Positions 38,716 to 48,527 of a stretch of 64,000 nucleotides of DNA are shown here, piece after piece. Positions within the stretch are counted from its first letter, which is position 1. Each line of letters starts with the position of its first letter. This DNA comes from a virus, in the IMG/VR virus record IMGVR_UViG_3300025570_000007. The stretch is one strand, 5' to 3'. The notes under the pieces are model-generated. The model was given only the letters and a program-made list of their open reading frames with translations. It did not search any database and had not been told where the DNA came from. The position numbers and the translations under genes are program-made.

Positions 38716-39084
38716 TTAAGGTTCTATTGGAAACTCGCTACTAATGTTTTCTGGTTTTGTTATGTCTCTTAATTTCTGCCTATATTCTCTCCACTCTTCC
38801 TTTTTCTCTTCTAGAAGAGGGACGTCTGGGAGTTGTGTCCAGTCACTATCTACGAGTTTTGTGTTTCTCCTAATTCTAAGTATGTGAATATCTAGAACTT
38901 CTTTTCTAGGCTCTATACGTTTTACGTGTTTACCGTTAATTACCGTATATTCCCCTGAAATAGCTTCTTGCCATTCGTTGTGCTGCAGTACTATTACAGG
39001 TTTCGGTATAGTGTGTCCATGTATCTCTTCTGTATAGAAACCTATATACTCTCCTTTATCGTTATAATGTCCAAAATAATCCAT
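38716..39084 (-). CDS. Tail fibre assembly chaperone
   Basis: RRNTKL..SDWTQLPD...WREYRQKLRDI...FP..P motif; likely start MDYFGHY. Confidence 0.85.
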   Translation of the reverse strand: MDYFGHYNDKGEYIGFYTEEIHGHTIPKPVIVLQHNEWQEAISGEYTVINGKHVKRIEPRKEVLDIHILRIRRNTKLVDSDWTQLPDVPLLEEKKEEWREYRQKLRDITKPENISSEFPIEP

Positions 39085-39085
39085 C

Positions 39086-40657
39086 TTAGTACCCCATTGC
39101 CATCCATCTTCCTGTTCCACCATCTATAACAAGTGTGCAAGCTGTAGTTGAAACATTGTAAACATGGTTAGTTCCTCTAGATCCTGAAGAGGTTCTGTCA
39201 GTTGAACATGTTACCGATACGCATCTGGTTGGGAATGCGATTGGGAAAGTTATTGTAGGTTCTGTTGTACCGCCGGAGACGTATCCAAACTGTATAATTA
39301 ATCCTGTACTTAATCTCTGATATCCTGTGGTTGTGGTAAAGTTGCTAGCTACGTTTGTAACAACACTTCCTCCTGCTCCTGTACCTATTGTTGTTGTATC
39401 TCCGTTTGCTAATAAAATTTGGGTGCTTGTACCGCCTTGCTTTATTAGCTTATTTGCTGTTACGTTTCCTGTTGCAACAATACTACTCCCTGCTGTTACT
39501 GCTCCTGTTACATTTAAAGTATTTGAGAGTGTTGTTGCTCCTACTATCTTTAGTGTACTTTTGCCGGTAATATTCCCAGCAATATTCATACCGCCTGATC
39601 CTGATATAAAACCTGTTACGTTTAAAGTTCCTCCTAGTGTAGTATTTCCTCCAATATTTAAAGTACCCCCTCCGTCTATATCTCCATCAAAATCTGCATC
39701 TCCAGATCCTGATATTATCCCTGCTACTGTTATACCTATGTCTGAAGGATTATTTGTGTTAAACCCTATTTTACCGCTTGCTTGAAAAGTAGCAATAACA
39801 CCGTTTGCAGTTCCTGTTGTGCTTGTATAATTTCCTCCGTCAGCCCAGTCTATGTTAAACCCTTCTTTTTTGTTACTATCAGTGTTAACCATTACTACTA
39901 CGTTACCTCCATCTGTTCCTGTTGGAGATTCTAATAACAGTCCCTGTGAAAAAGAACCTACCGGTATTAATCTTTCTAATCCTCCGGATAAGTTATTTAC
40001 TATATCTGCAATAACAGGTCTAATTTTATTTTGAGTATTTACGTAGTCTGTTGTTTTAGCGATACCTAATCCTAGAGTTGAAGAAACTGTTGTAATTCTC
40101 TGTGCAAACCCTGTGTTATTTCCTGTACCTACTCCTAACCCTGTAGAACTTAAAGTAGCTATAGGGTTAGCCGTTAAGGTATTATTTACTTGAAATTTTA
40201 AATAGTTACTACTGTTAGCAGTAAGGTATATGTCTTTTGAAGTATCGTATATTTTTCCAACTCTACCTGCAAGAGTACCTATACTGTAGAAATCTGTTTG
40301 AGCAAATTTACTAGTTCCTGTACTTGGTGTCTTTAGTGAAAGTTTTCCTGATGCATATGTAAGGTTAGAGCTTGCTCCAAAAGCTCCATTATCGTTATAC
40401 TGTATTTGAGTATTAGATCCAGCTGCTGATGCAGTTGATCCGGAGATAATAGTTGTTCCTCCATCTGCTCCTAATGGAACATCTGTATACCTTCCATTTT
40501 CGTAACCTACTCCTAGTGCTGTGCTCCCTGAGTAGTGTAGTCTTAAGGTAGTTCCGCTATCTTGTATTGAACTTGAATAGTAAAACTGAGCTTGGTTTCT
40601 ATCTAATTCATCGTATGTTAAGGCTGTTCCTTTATTTATTCTTAATACTATACTCAT
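39086..40657 (-). CDS. Tail fibre protein
   Basis: LRINKGTALTYDELD anchor; C-terminal GYQRL.TGLIIQFG...FPIAFP...WMAMGY tip domain; next to the chaperone. Confidence 0.85.
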   Translation of the reverse strand: MSIVLRINKGTALTYDELDRNQAQFYYSSSIQDSGTTLRLHYSGSTALGVGYENGRYTDVPLGADGGTTIISGSTASAAGSNTQIQYNDNGAFGASSNLTYASGKLSLKTPSTGTSKFAQTDFYSIGTLAGRVGKIYDTSKDIYLTANSSNYLKFQVNNTLTANPIATLSSTGLGVGTGNNTGFAQRITTVSSTLGLGIAKTTDYVNTQNKIRPVIADIVNNLSGGLERLIPVGSFSQGLLLESPTGTDGGNVVVMVNTDSNKKEGFNIDWADGGNYTSTTGTANGVIATFQASGKIGFNTNNPSDIGITVAGIISGSGDADFDGDIDGGGTLNIGGNTTLGGTLNVTGFISGSGGMNIAGNITGKSTLKIVGATTLSNTLNVTGAVTAGSSIVATGNVTANKLIKQGGTSTQILLANGDTTTIGTGAGGSVVTNVASNFTTTTGYQRLSTGLIIQFGYVSGGTTEPTITFPIAFPTRCVSVTCSTDRTSSGSRGTNHVYNVSTTACTLVIDGGTGRWMAMGY

Positions 40658-40660
40658 TTT

Positions 40661-41830
40661 TTATAATTTTGTAAACTTGTTAACTCCAAAGTTCATATCC
40701 AGTTTTGCTACTACAACCATATCCGTATCTGCTGATTTAGGTATCGGTTGTCCCATTTTTGCTACTGCTATTAATTCATTAGCATCGTTATATAATCCTA
40801 CTGTTGTAAAGTACGGTTGGAAATCTGATCCTGATATATTAGGTGCTATTTCTCCTGATGATATATCTAGAGCAGTCTTATTTAATGTATGATTCAATTC
40901 CCCTGATTTTAACTTACAGTGGTAGTTATGTGTATAAATAGGTAAATTTGATTTCCAGTTCAATGTTGCATTGAAATAGTTGTTAAAGTACCCTGCTACA
41001 ATATCATCTGTTATTATAATCTGTCCATGAGGGTAGATTATATTTCCAACGTATTTTCTCGGCAGTGATGATTCGAAGTATAGGTTTCCTTCTCCATCAT
41101 CTACAATTCTTGTTGAATGTTGATCAGCTACTTCAGGGTCTATTGCGTTTGGATCTTCTCCTGTATAATCTGGGCCTAGATACTGCCCTCCTGCTGGTAT
41201 TGTCTCTAGTACGTAGTCTCCTTCATCTTCAATATAATCTAAATCTGATAGAGGAAATGTTGATCCGTAAAGGTTTGTGGTGTTTTCTGCATACAGGTTA
41301 TATATGTTATCGTAAGAATTAATACCTGCATCTGTAACGTAATTGTTCAGTACGTAGTTATGTCCATCACTTCCTGATCCACCTGATCCTGTTATAATAG
41401 TTGATGTTATATCTGGCTCTAGTGATAGTGAGCCTGGTTCTATATGAGTTCCGTATAATTCTTTCGGTATTGAAAATACTGCTACCCTCTGGTAGAGGTA
41501 TCTTGATCCGCTTACGTTAAATGAAGACTGTAGATAATTTTCATATGAACTTGAAACCGGTATTGATGCACTTGTAAAAAGGCTGTAGTATAAATGGTGT
41601 ATGCTTTCGAAAGCTAGTCGCTTATCAAAAAGTACTTGAGAAGTACTTAGTACCCCTCCTCCGAAAGTTAGATTTATATCTTGCGGTATGTATGTTCCTG
41701 AGCCTGATAAACCAACAATGTTGAGTATGCCTAGGTCTATATACTGACTTCCACTAGCAGTCCACGACTTGCGTGCATTGTAAGTCGAAATATAAGCATC
41801 TTGTTTGTTTAGTTTTTTGTAAGCACTCAT
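40661..41830 (-). CDS. Baseplate/fibre-attachment structural protein
   Basis: C-terminal YFTTVGLYNDANELIAVAKMGQP; paralogue of the next gene. Confidence 0.6.
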   Translation of the reverse strand: MSAYKKLNKQDAYISTYNARKSWTASGSQYIDLGILNIVGLSGSGTYIPQDINLTFGGGVLSTSQVLFDKRLAFESIHHLYYSLFTSASIPVSSSYENYLQSSFNVSGSRYLYQRVAVFSIPKELYGTHIEPGSLSLEPDITSTIITGSGGSGSDGHNYVLNNYVTDAGINSYDNIYNLYAENTTNLYGSTFPLSDLDYIEDEGDYVLETIPAGGQYLGPDYTGEDPNAIDPEVADQHSTRIVDDGEGNLYFESSLPRKYVGNIIYPHGQIIITDDIVAGYFNNYFNATLNWKSNLPIYTHNYHCKLKSGELNHTLNKTALDISSGEIAPNISGSDFQPYFTTVGLYNDANELIAVAKMGQPIPKSADTDMVVVAKLDMNFGVNKFTKL

Positions 41831-41833
41831 TCA

Positions 41834-42841
41834 TTAATAATCAAGTTTGATTCTCACTAGTGCTTCCGAAGTAAAATCCTTTAATAAAGGTCTAGACATC
41901 TTAGCTACTGCTATTAAATCGTTATTATCGTTATACAGTCCTACTGTTGTAAAATATGATTGAGGAGAATTAATCATGATGTCATGTCTAAGTTCTCCAG
42001 ATCCTGTAATATTTGAAGGATTTGTAGAGTAATTAAGCTCAGCGTTTCTCGCTCTTATAAATACATAATTAGAAGATATAGTCTCTTCTGATTGAAGTGA
42101 TCCACTTGCTCCTGCTGCTATTACATTATAGAACTTACTTAAGTTACCGTCGTCTGAATTCTCAGTTATGCCTGTTGCTAGTGTTATTCCATCTGCAGCA
42201 TCGTCTAATGCTGTTCCGTTTAATACTATAATACCTACATCAGGTAAGAATTTACCGTAGCTTCCTGCTGATGTTGTGTATCCTGTTCCTCCATCATAAG
42301 ATGTTCCATAAGATCCACTAACTATATCGTAAACTCTTCCTGCATCTACATAAGAAACAGTTGTAGTATCATTACTATTATCAGTTAAATGTATTGTTTG
42401 TGCTCCGTTTGTTAACTTAAGGTTAAGTGAGCCAGGAAATAATTTCTCTTTATATCTTGCTCTATCCATAGATAGTACATAAACATAATCAGATGTTACT
42501 GTTCCGAAAGTGAAATCTGTATCTTCATCTCCAAACACTAAATTCCTGTACTGTCCGTATATTGTTGAGGACGGCGATTTACCTGTTACACTTGAGTTAT
42601 ATAGACTTGTTCCTTTCCCGTCTTTATGTCCAAAAGCAATAGAGAACTGTACTTTTGCAGTACTAACTGTTCCGGGATTACTTTCATATACTTCGTAAAA
42701 GTAATTACCTGTGTTACTTGCAACCTGTCCTGAAGCTGTGTGGAAAGAGTTAAGGTATACTGTGTCTGTTGACCAAAGAGGTGCAACTACTGATTCAGCA
42801 CTTATTGTGATATCTTCTGGGTCTAATCTTTTAAATGACAT
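41834..42841 (-). CDS. Baseplate/fibre-attachment structural protein
   Basis: C-terminal YFTTVGLYNDNNDLIAVAKMSRP. Confidence 0.6.
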   Translation of the reverse strand: MSFKRLDPEDITISAESVVAPLWSTDTVYLNSFHTASGQVASNTGNYFYEVYESNPGTVSTAKVQFSIAFGHKDGKGTSLYNSSVTGKSPSSTIYGQYRNLVFGDEDTDFTFGTVTSDYVYVLSMDRARYKEKLFPGSLNLKLTNGAQTIHLTDNSNDTTTVSYVDAGRVYDIVSGSYGTSYDGGTGYTTSAGSYGKFLPDVGIIVLNGTALDDAADGITLATGITENSDDGNLSKFYNVIAAGASGSLQSEETISSNYVFIRARNAELNYSTNPSNITGSGELRHDIMINSPQSYFTTVGLYNDNNDLIAVAKMSRPLLKDFTSEALVRIKLDY

Positions 42842-42849
42842 ATGTTATA

Positions 42850-43509
42850 TTAGTTATTAACTTTTACAATAGTTACAGGAACAGTTACTCTTGCTCCTGA
42901 GTCTCTCCCTATTACAGTTATTGTTGTCTGTAATGTTGATTGGCTACCGAATAAAGTGTTAATAGTTGTTGCTGTGAGGTTGATCGATGTTCCTATTACT
43001 GTCTTAGAAACGTTAGTTCCTAGTGTAGTTGTTGAGTTTAGTCTTTCTGCTTCCGGTGTATTAACTCCTACTCCGTTATATGTCTGAAGTACTCTAGCAT
43101 CTGCGATAGTTGCTACATACCCTCCTGCTTCAAAAGTCTGAGAGGATCCTAAGTAGTTTAGTGTTTGTGGAGTAATTGCAAGAGATGCTCCTTGCTTTAA
43201 TCTTATAGAAGTGTACCCGATATCTAAAATAGGCAACTTAGCTGTTCCTCTTGGAAGTGTTGTAAGCTTGTATTTCATGATTTGAGTTTCATCAGGAAAT
43301 GCTTCCAATACAGGAAGATTTTCTATTGCTTCTCCGTAGTACGCTGATCCTAATGGATGACTTGGATTATACAGTGTATAGTCGATTTCATCATCTCCTA
43401 GAGCGAATTGTGTAATTTTGAAAGAACCGTCTCCTCTTGCAAGAAGTTCTCTTCCTTTTTTAGTCAATATTGCATCGACTGTAACGATTGAATTATCTAA
43501 GTATCCCAT
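42850..43509 (-). CDS. Baseplate structural protein
   Basis: DAILTKKGRELLA...ITQFALGDDEIDY; late promoter. Confidence 0.6.
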   Translation of the reverse strand: MGYLDNSIVTVDAILTKKGRELLARGDGSFKITQFALGDDEIDYTLYNPSHPLGSAYYGEAIENLPVLEAFPDETQIMKYKLTTLPRGTAKLPILDIGYTSIRLKQGASLAITPQTLNYLGSSQTFEAGGYVATIADARVLQTYNGVGVNTPEAERLNSTTTLGTNVSKTVIGTSINLTATTINTLFGSQSTLQTTITVIGRDSGARVTVPVTIVKVNN

Positions 43510-43530
43510 TTAAGTATTATTCTATATTAT

Positions 43531-43537
43531 ATAAATA
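43531..43537 (-). promoter_or_regulatory. Putative late promoter TATTTAT
   Basis: 22 nt upstream of ATG 43509. Confidence 0.6.
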
Positions 43538-43561
43538 TGTAAAAGTTTTGTTATTTATTCC

Positions 43562-44491
43562 TTATCCACAAGATGATGAATTTATCACTTGTCCGTATTC
43601 GTTTGTAAACATGATTGTACTATTACCTTCTATAAAGATAGCTGCATCATTAGCTGCTAATATTTTTGAAGTATTCCCTGTAAATTTAAATATGCTGACC
43701 GGTGTTGTAGAACCTGATATCCAAAATGGAAGTTTAGTCTTATTGCTTGTTTCGTCACTTGTAAAAAATAATTCCTCTAAGATCCTGTCATTTACAGCTA
43801 TTGAACAGATGCTCGAAGTTGGAAAAGTATCTTGAAATATCTCTCCTTTAAAGCTTCTTCCTATTACTGCTGGACTCACTCCTGAGTAGTTCTCTGATGT
43901 TGAAACACTTCCTTTATATCTTGCATTTGACCATCCTGTATCTGAGTATAAACTATCTTGTATTGTTGCCGGTGAAGCATTTCCATCTATGATTGATTGC
44001 CAGTTGCCTGGTTGTGAATTATTCTCTACCCTATCTGCTTCAACTTGTCTTCTCGAAGGTCTATTAACTTGTGCATTACCTATTAAAGGATTATATTCAC
44101 TAAATGCAAACTGTAAATCTGTAATAAATGGTGTAAAATCTATCGATACGCTTGGTGCAAGATCATCAAATACGCCAGAACTTATATCCGGTACTGTAAA
44201 AGGATCTACTCCGAAGTAGTAGAAAGGTATAGCAGTGTTATAGAAACTTCTCTTAACCACTGCTAAGTTGTATAACACGTTATTGAAGATAAATCTTATA
44301 GCTTCTACCTGGTCTAGTACAGTTTCAAGATCTTGATTACTTACTCCGTCTACTGATAAAGCAGATTTTGTAACGGTTAATCCTGATATGGTTCCTGTAT
44401 TGTCTCCATTATCATCGTAGTTCACATTAATTCTTCCGGTAAGGTTTATTGCTCCGTTTACGTGTATCTGTATAAATGTTGCTTCTGTCAT
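43562..44491 (-). CDS. Virion structural protein (baseplate region)
   Basis: ATIQDSLY...W..ARY.GS motif; gene order. Confidence 0.55.
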   Translation of the reverse strand: MTEATFIQIHVNGAINLTGRINVNYDDNGDNTGTISGLTVTKSALSVDGVSNQDLETVLDQVEAIRFIFNNVLYNLAVVKRSFYNTAIPFYYFGVDPFTVPDISSGVFDDLAPSVSIDFTPFITDLQFAFSEYNPLIGNAQVNRPSRRQVEADRVENNSQPGNWQSIIDGNASPATIQDSLYSDTGWSNARYKGSVSTSENYSGVSPAVIGRSFKGEIFQDTFPTSSICSIAVNDRILEELFFTSDETSNKTKLPFWISGSTTPVSIFKFTGNTSKILAANDAAIFIEGNSTIMFTNEYGQVINSSSCG

Positions 44492-44506
44492 GCTATTTTA
44501 TAATTA

Positions 44507-47500
44507 TTAACAAGTTCCCTCATATCCTGACCATGCTGTTCCGTTCCAGTATTTCCAGCTAGCTCCGTCAGAGTAATATCCTGCTGGTGCTAGGAGACCG
44601 GTATTATTATAAGCGAATATTTGGTATTCGTTAGCTAGTACCGTGGACGGTGTAGGGTACGGTGATCCTTCTGTATATGCTGCAAAGATATTTACCGGGT
44701 ATTGGAATCCACAAGCTTTTTGTGCAGGTTGAAAAGCGTCATTATTGTACCCTATATTCTGTACTGCTACTTTAAGTGTTACTGGTGTTGGTATTGATAG
44801 GTTTATCTCGCTGCTCTCTAATATACAGGATCCTCCGCTATTTGCACGAAACTGTATTACATAGACTGGGTAAGGTCCTACTGTTATTAGCCCTATGTCC
44901 GGGTAGGCTGCTGCTAGGTCTAAATACTCCGTATATACTGGGTTAGAGTTTGGTGTTATCCAGGCGCTCCACGGTAAGGCTAAACTATTATCTCTTACTC
45001 TAAATTCATAGGACGTACTTGCCTCTGTACCTGTAAATGCAAAAGGCGGTAGGAAATATCCACCTGTCCCGTCACTTCCGTATGTCATACTTGTTAAACT
45101 AGTCCAATTTAAGGTACATTCCCCGAAGGTTACTGTTCTTGTCTGTGCACAGCTGTTTCTTATAGCATCCCTAACTGTTACAGTTATACTCTCCCCTACT
45201 GTGTACCCTGTAAAGGTATGCGTAGTTTCATCATAGATCTGTATACCGTTTACTAAGTATTCTATGTTAGTGTTATAAGATGTGTTAAACCATGTTGAAA
45301 TATCATAAGTGTTGAATGAAGTTACTATAAAGGGTGCTGATGAGTCAATCTCTAAGTCGCAAGCTACTACTATTACCTCTCTTACTGCGTTGCATCCTAC
45401 TAATGTTGAATGTGTTGCTGTTACACTATAAGTATCATACTGTGACCATGATCCTGGTGTTGATTGAGTTGTGAAATCATAAGTAAAGTTCCAGGCTGTT
45501 ACCGGTACACTTGTACTACCTTGAAAGAATACTGTAATATCGTATATTTCTGAGATTCCTCCGAATAGTGTGAATAGGTTTGTTTCAGATGTTGATACTA
45601 ACGGGTCTATGTAGAGTGGTGCGATGTCTACTGATATTGAGCATGCGTTTGCAGGCACATCCCTGTAGAATTGAACGTCGTATAGTACGGTAGGGTAGTT
45701 AATTTGCTTAAACGGGTTATTCTTATTCAGGTCTCTAGTGCTTACTTCTATTCGTGATCCTGAAAGTATCCCGTCAAATTTAGCTTCATTATGACTTCTT
45801 TCGAAGTATCCTGGTCCTTTATCCCCTACCCACTGTTTGGCAGCTACAAATCCATAAGGTGTTTGAACTCCCTTTCTAAAGTTTGTTGATGATTCTCCAT
45901 CTACTGCTCCTGTTCCTACTGATCTAAAACTTCCTGCGTTTGACCCTGTTGTGAAGGCAGTATCTATTGAACCTGTGTGAACTGGTAGTGTATATGTCAT
46001 TGTAGGAGAAACTATTTTACTCCTCTCTAATAAATGTGGTTTAATTATTATCCCTGTATCTGCAACTGATCTAGCAGGTATAAAATCCCTTACCATTCTA
46101 AAGATTACATTATCGAAAAATTTTATTAACCTTACAAAATCCTTTACATCGTACCTGCTAACATTTTCAAAGACTAAATCTTTATAGTTGTTTAGTGCAA
46201 AGTATCCTGATGTTCTTGTTTCTCTAGGGTCCCCAATATAATCGTCTATATTAAATGAAGAAGTCGGAAACAGTACTTGTGATTGTGATACTATGTAACT
46301 GTCTATATTATCTGTCGGCGAAAAGCCTACTTCAATTCTATGAAGATCTTGAGTGTATCCACTGCCTTCCTGTACTATCTTAGTGTAGTACGATAACGTA
46401 TCTCCTACTGCTATACTTCCTGTATTACTTGTTCTAACCTTATCTAAAGAACCTGTCCAAGCTTGATCTCCTCCAAAGAAGGGTAGATCGTTTGACGACT
46501 GGCCCCCGTATACTTTAATTTTTAATATGTCAGAAGGTATTCCAAAACATGAAATAAGAGCTCTTAATCCTCTCTCAGTACCTTTTGATTTTAACAGTAG
46601 TGGCAGGTTATGGTAAAGTCTCTTATATATTTCTTTTTGATAATCGTTTTGTGAAACAGATACTTCTCCTGATACATTTATAGTTGATAGTACTTCGTTA
46701 CCTGTATCGTAAGAGTTTTTTGTAAAGTACCTAAATAGGTCGTCTACCGATTTGTTACTTGTATATAGTTTAACTCCAAAGTTTTTTAATAGATCTTCTA
46801 CAAGATCTTTTGAAACACCTCTATTTAACCTATTATCTGCATTATACTTTTCAGACACATTCTTAGTGTATATCCACAAGTTATCAAAATGCTGTGCAAC
46901 CATATGTACTAATAGTAGATAAGGTTCGTTATCTAAATCCTCTCTTAAGTAACTTGGGATAGTGTTAGTAAGTATATCATAATTAGAATCATCATATAAA
47001 GTAGCTGATTCTACTGCTGTGTTAAACCATAGCTCTGCTACTGGATTTGATATACTTGCATTAACGTACGGTTTTACAAGATTTGTCTTCGGCCATGAGG
47101 TTGAACCATTTTCGTAGTATAGGTGTTTTTCGTAATGGTCAAAGTTATCTAAAACTCCATTGATTAAATTTTCATAATAATCTCTACTTCCTGATATGCC
47201 TGCTGTAGCTGAAGTAGTATTTACCGTATCTAGGTTTAGTTGGTATGATTCTAATAACTGTACTTTATATTGAAAATTTCTTAATCTTTCCTCTGCTGAA
47301 GAGAAGTTAATAAATTCTGAATAGTCTGTATAGTCAATGCTTAGTGTTGCTCCTTTTTCAGCAAATGCTGATGTTAGTTCTCTGTTTGAATTATTTACAG
47401 GGAAGCTAAAAAGTTCGTTGTAGTTAAAATATCCTGTTGATTCTGCTGTCTGTTCATCAACATCTATCTCAAAGTTAGGCCCTTTTATAGTGGGCGGTGT

Positions 47501-48199
47501 AATTACTTCAGGGATTATTTCTGTTGTTACTTGAAATGCTATTGCATCAGAAATATTTTCTACAAGTGTTACGCTATCTTTAAGGCTTGTATTATTAGGA
47601 AGAGGTTCGTATAGTTTTACATCTATTGCTACTTTTCCGTTAACAGTCTCTGTCTTAATGTTAATTGCTGAACTTGCTAAATCTACCCTGTTGTATAGGT
47701 AGAATTCAGTTATATACGCACTTGAAAGTATTTTACTTTGTACTTCTCCTGTAGTCTTTAATATAAAGTCGTCGGTAAGTTTTGTCGATAATAGCCTCAC
47801 CTCTGTTCTATCAGGTGATATTGATTCAATGTAGAATAAGTTATCTTGGTTTAAATCAGAATATAAGTTATTGTAAAATTTGTAAAGTATCTTTATATCT
47901 GTTCCTGCATACCCGTATGAGATAAGGTCTTTTTCAGGATCAATATCGATAGCTACTGCTCCATCTTTACCGGCAGAAGCACCATCTAAACTTATAGTGT
48001 AGTTTTTATAGTTACTATCTGAGTATAATTTTAGATCGTCTATTGATAGAAAAGTAATTTCTACAAAGTTTTCAGAAGGATTAAATAGAGCATTTACAGA
48101 GAAAGATTCTACTAGGTTAGAATCCTCTGTTGTTAGAAACTGGCTACTTTCTAGTGTAGTTGCTTCTATTTTATTTATATTATATTTTAGTTTAGCCAT
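44507..48199 (-). CDS. Large baseplate wedge protein (gp7/P2 gpI-like core)
   Basis: LTNTIPSY, HFDNLWIY, LLKSKGTERGLRALISCFG motif; variable C-terminus. Confidence 0.7.
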   Translation of the reverse strand: MAKLKYNINKIEATTLESSQFLTTEDSNLVESFSVNALFNPSENFVEITFLSIDDLKLYSDSNYKNYTISLDGASAGKDGAVAIDIDPEKDLISYGYAGTDIKILYKFYNNLYSDLNQDNLFYIESISPDRTEVRLLSTKLTDDFILKTTGEVQSKILSSAYITEFYLYNRVDLASSAINIKTETVNGKVAIDVKLYEPLPNNTSLKDSVTLVENISDAIAFQVTTEIIPEVITPPTIKGPNFEIDVDEQTAESTGYFNYNELFSFPVNNSNRELTSAFAEKGATLSIDYTDYSEFINFSSAEERLRNFQYKVQLLESYQLNLDTVNTTSATAGISGSRDYYENLINGVLDNFDHYEKHLYYENGSTSWPKTNLVKPYVNASISNPVAELWFNTAVESATLYDDSNYDILTNTIPSYLREDLDNEPYLLLVHMVAQHFDNLWIYTKNVSEKYNADNRLNRGVSKDLVEDLLKNFGVKLYTSNKSVDDLFRYFTKNSYDTGNEVLSTINVSGEVSVSQNDYQKEIYKRLYHNLPLLLKSKGTERGLRALISCFGIPSDILKIKVYGGQSSNDLPFFGGDQAWTGSLDKVRTSNTGSIAVGDTLSYYTKIVQEGSGYTQDLHRIEVGFSPTDNIDSYIVSQSQVLFPTSSFNIDDYIGDPRETRTSGYFALNNYKDLVFENVSRYDVKDFVRLIKFFDNVIFRMVRDFIPARSVADTGIIIKPHLLERSKIVSPTMTYTLPVHTGSIDTAFTTGSNAGSFRSVGTGAVDGESSTNFRKGVQTPYGFVAAKQWVGDKGPGYFERSHNEAKFDGILSGSRIEVSTRDLNKNNPFKQINYPTVLYDVQFYRDVPANACSISVDIAPLYIDPLVSTSETNLFTLFGGISEIYDITVFFQGSTSVPVTAWNFTYDFTTQSTPGSWSQYDTYSVTATHSTLVGCNAVREVIVVACDLEIDSSAPFIVTSFNTYDISTWFNTSYNTNIEYLVNGIQIYDETTHTFTGYTVGESITVTVRDAIRNSCAQTRTVTFGECTLNWTSLTSMTYGSDGTGGYFLPPFAFTGTEASTSYEFRVRDNSLALPWSAWITPNSNPVYTEYLDLAAAYPDIGLITVGPYPVYVIQFRANSGGSCILESSEINLSIPTPVTLKVAVQNIGYNNDAFQPAQKACGFQYPVNIFAAYTEGSPYPTPSTVLANEYQIFAYNNTGLLAPAGYYSDGASWKYWNGTAWSGYEGTC

Positions 48200-48527
48200 T
48201 TGTTTCTAAATCGAATATTTGTTGATTTGCATCTAATAACTGTGCTCTCAGCTGTGCGATTTCATCTAATAGCGGTTGTAAATCTTCACTAGTGTTTTCT
48301 AAGTTAGTTAATTCACTACTTCTTTTTAGTATGTACTGGTGTGAATTTATATCTCCTTCTGCTGGTATGTTGTAAAAGAGTTTGTCATATAGTCTAAATA
48401 GTTCCTCTACTGTATCGTTATCTTGTACAGGTGTTGGATCTACGAAGGTTGTAAAATCATTATTAACAACTGTGTCAAATTGATCTTTAATATAGACAGT
48501 TTTCGATATTCTAACTTCATTACCCAT
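48192..48527 (-). CDS. Hypothetical baseplate-region protein
   Basis: C-terminal coiled coil; overlaps its neighbours. Confidence 0.65.
   Translation of the reverse strand: MGNEVRISKTVYIKDQFDTVVNNDFTTFVDPTPVQDNDTVEELFRLYDKLFYNIPAEGDINSHQYILKRSSELTNLENTSEDLQPLLDEIAQLRAQLLDANQQIFDLETNG

Noticed and set aside
34274-40657. Diversity-generating retroelement or invertase-based fibre switching
   Set aside because: No reverse transcriptase, recombinase, adenine-variant repeat pair or inverted cassette was seen in this window.
43562-43570. Perfect DnaA box TTATCCACA
   Set aside because: Single copy formed by the last codons and stop of a CDS; expected by chance.
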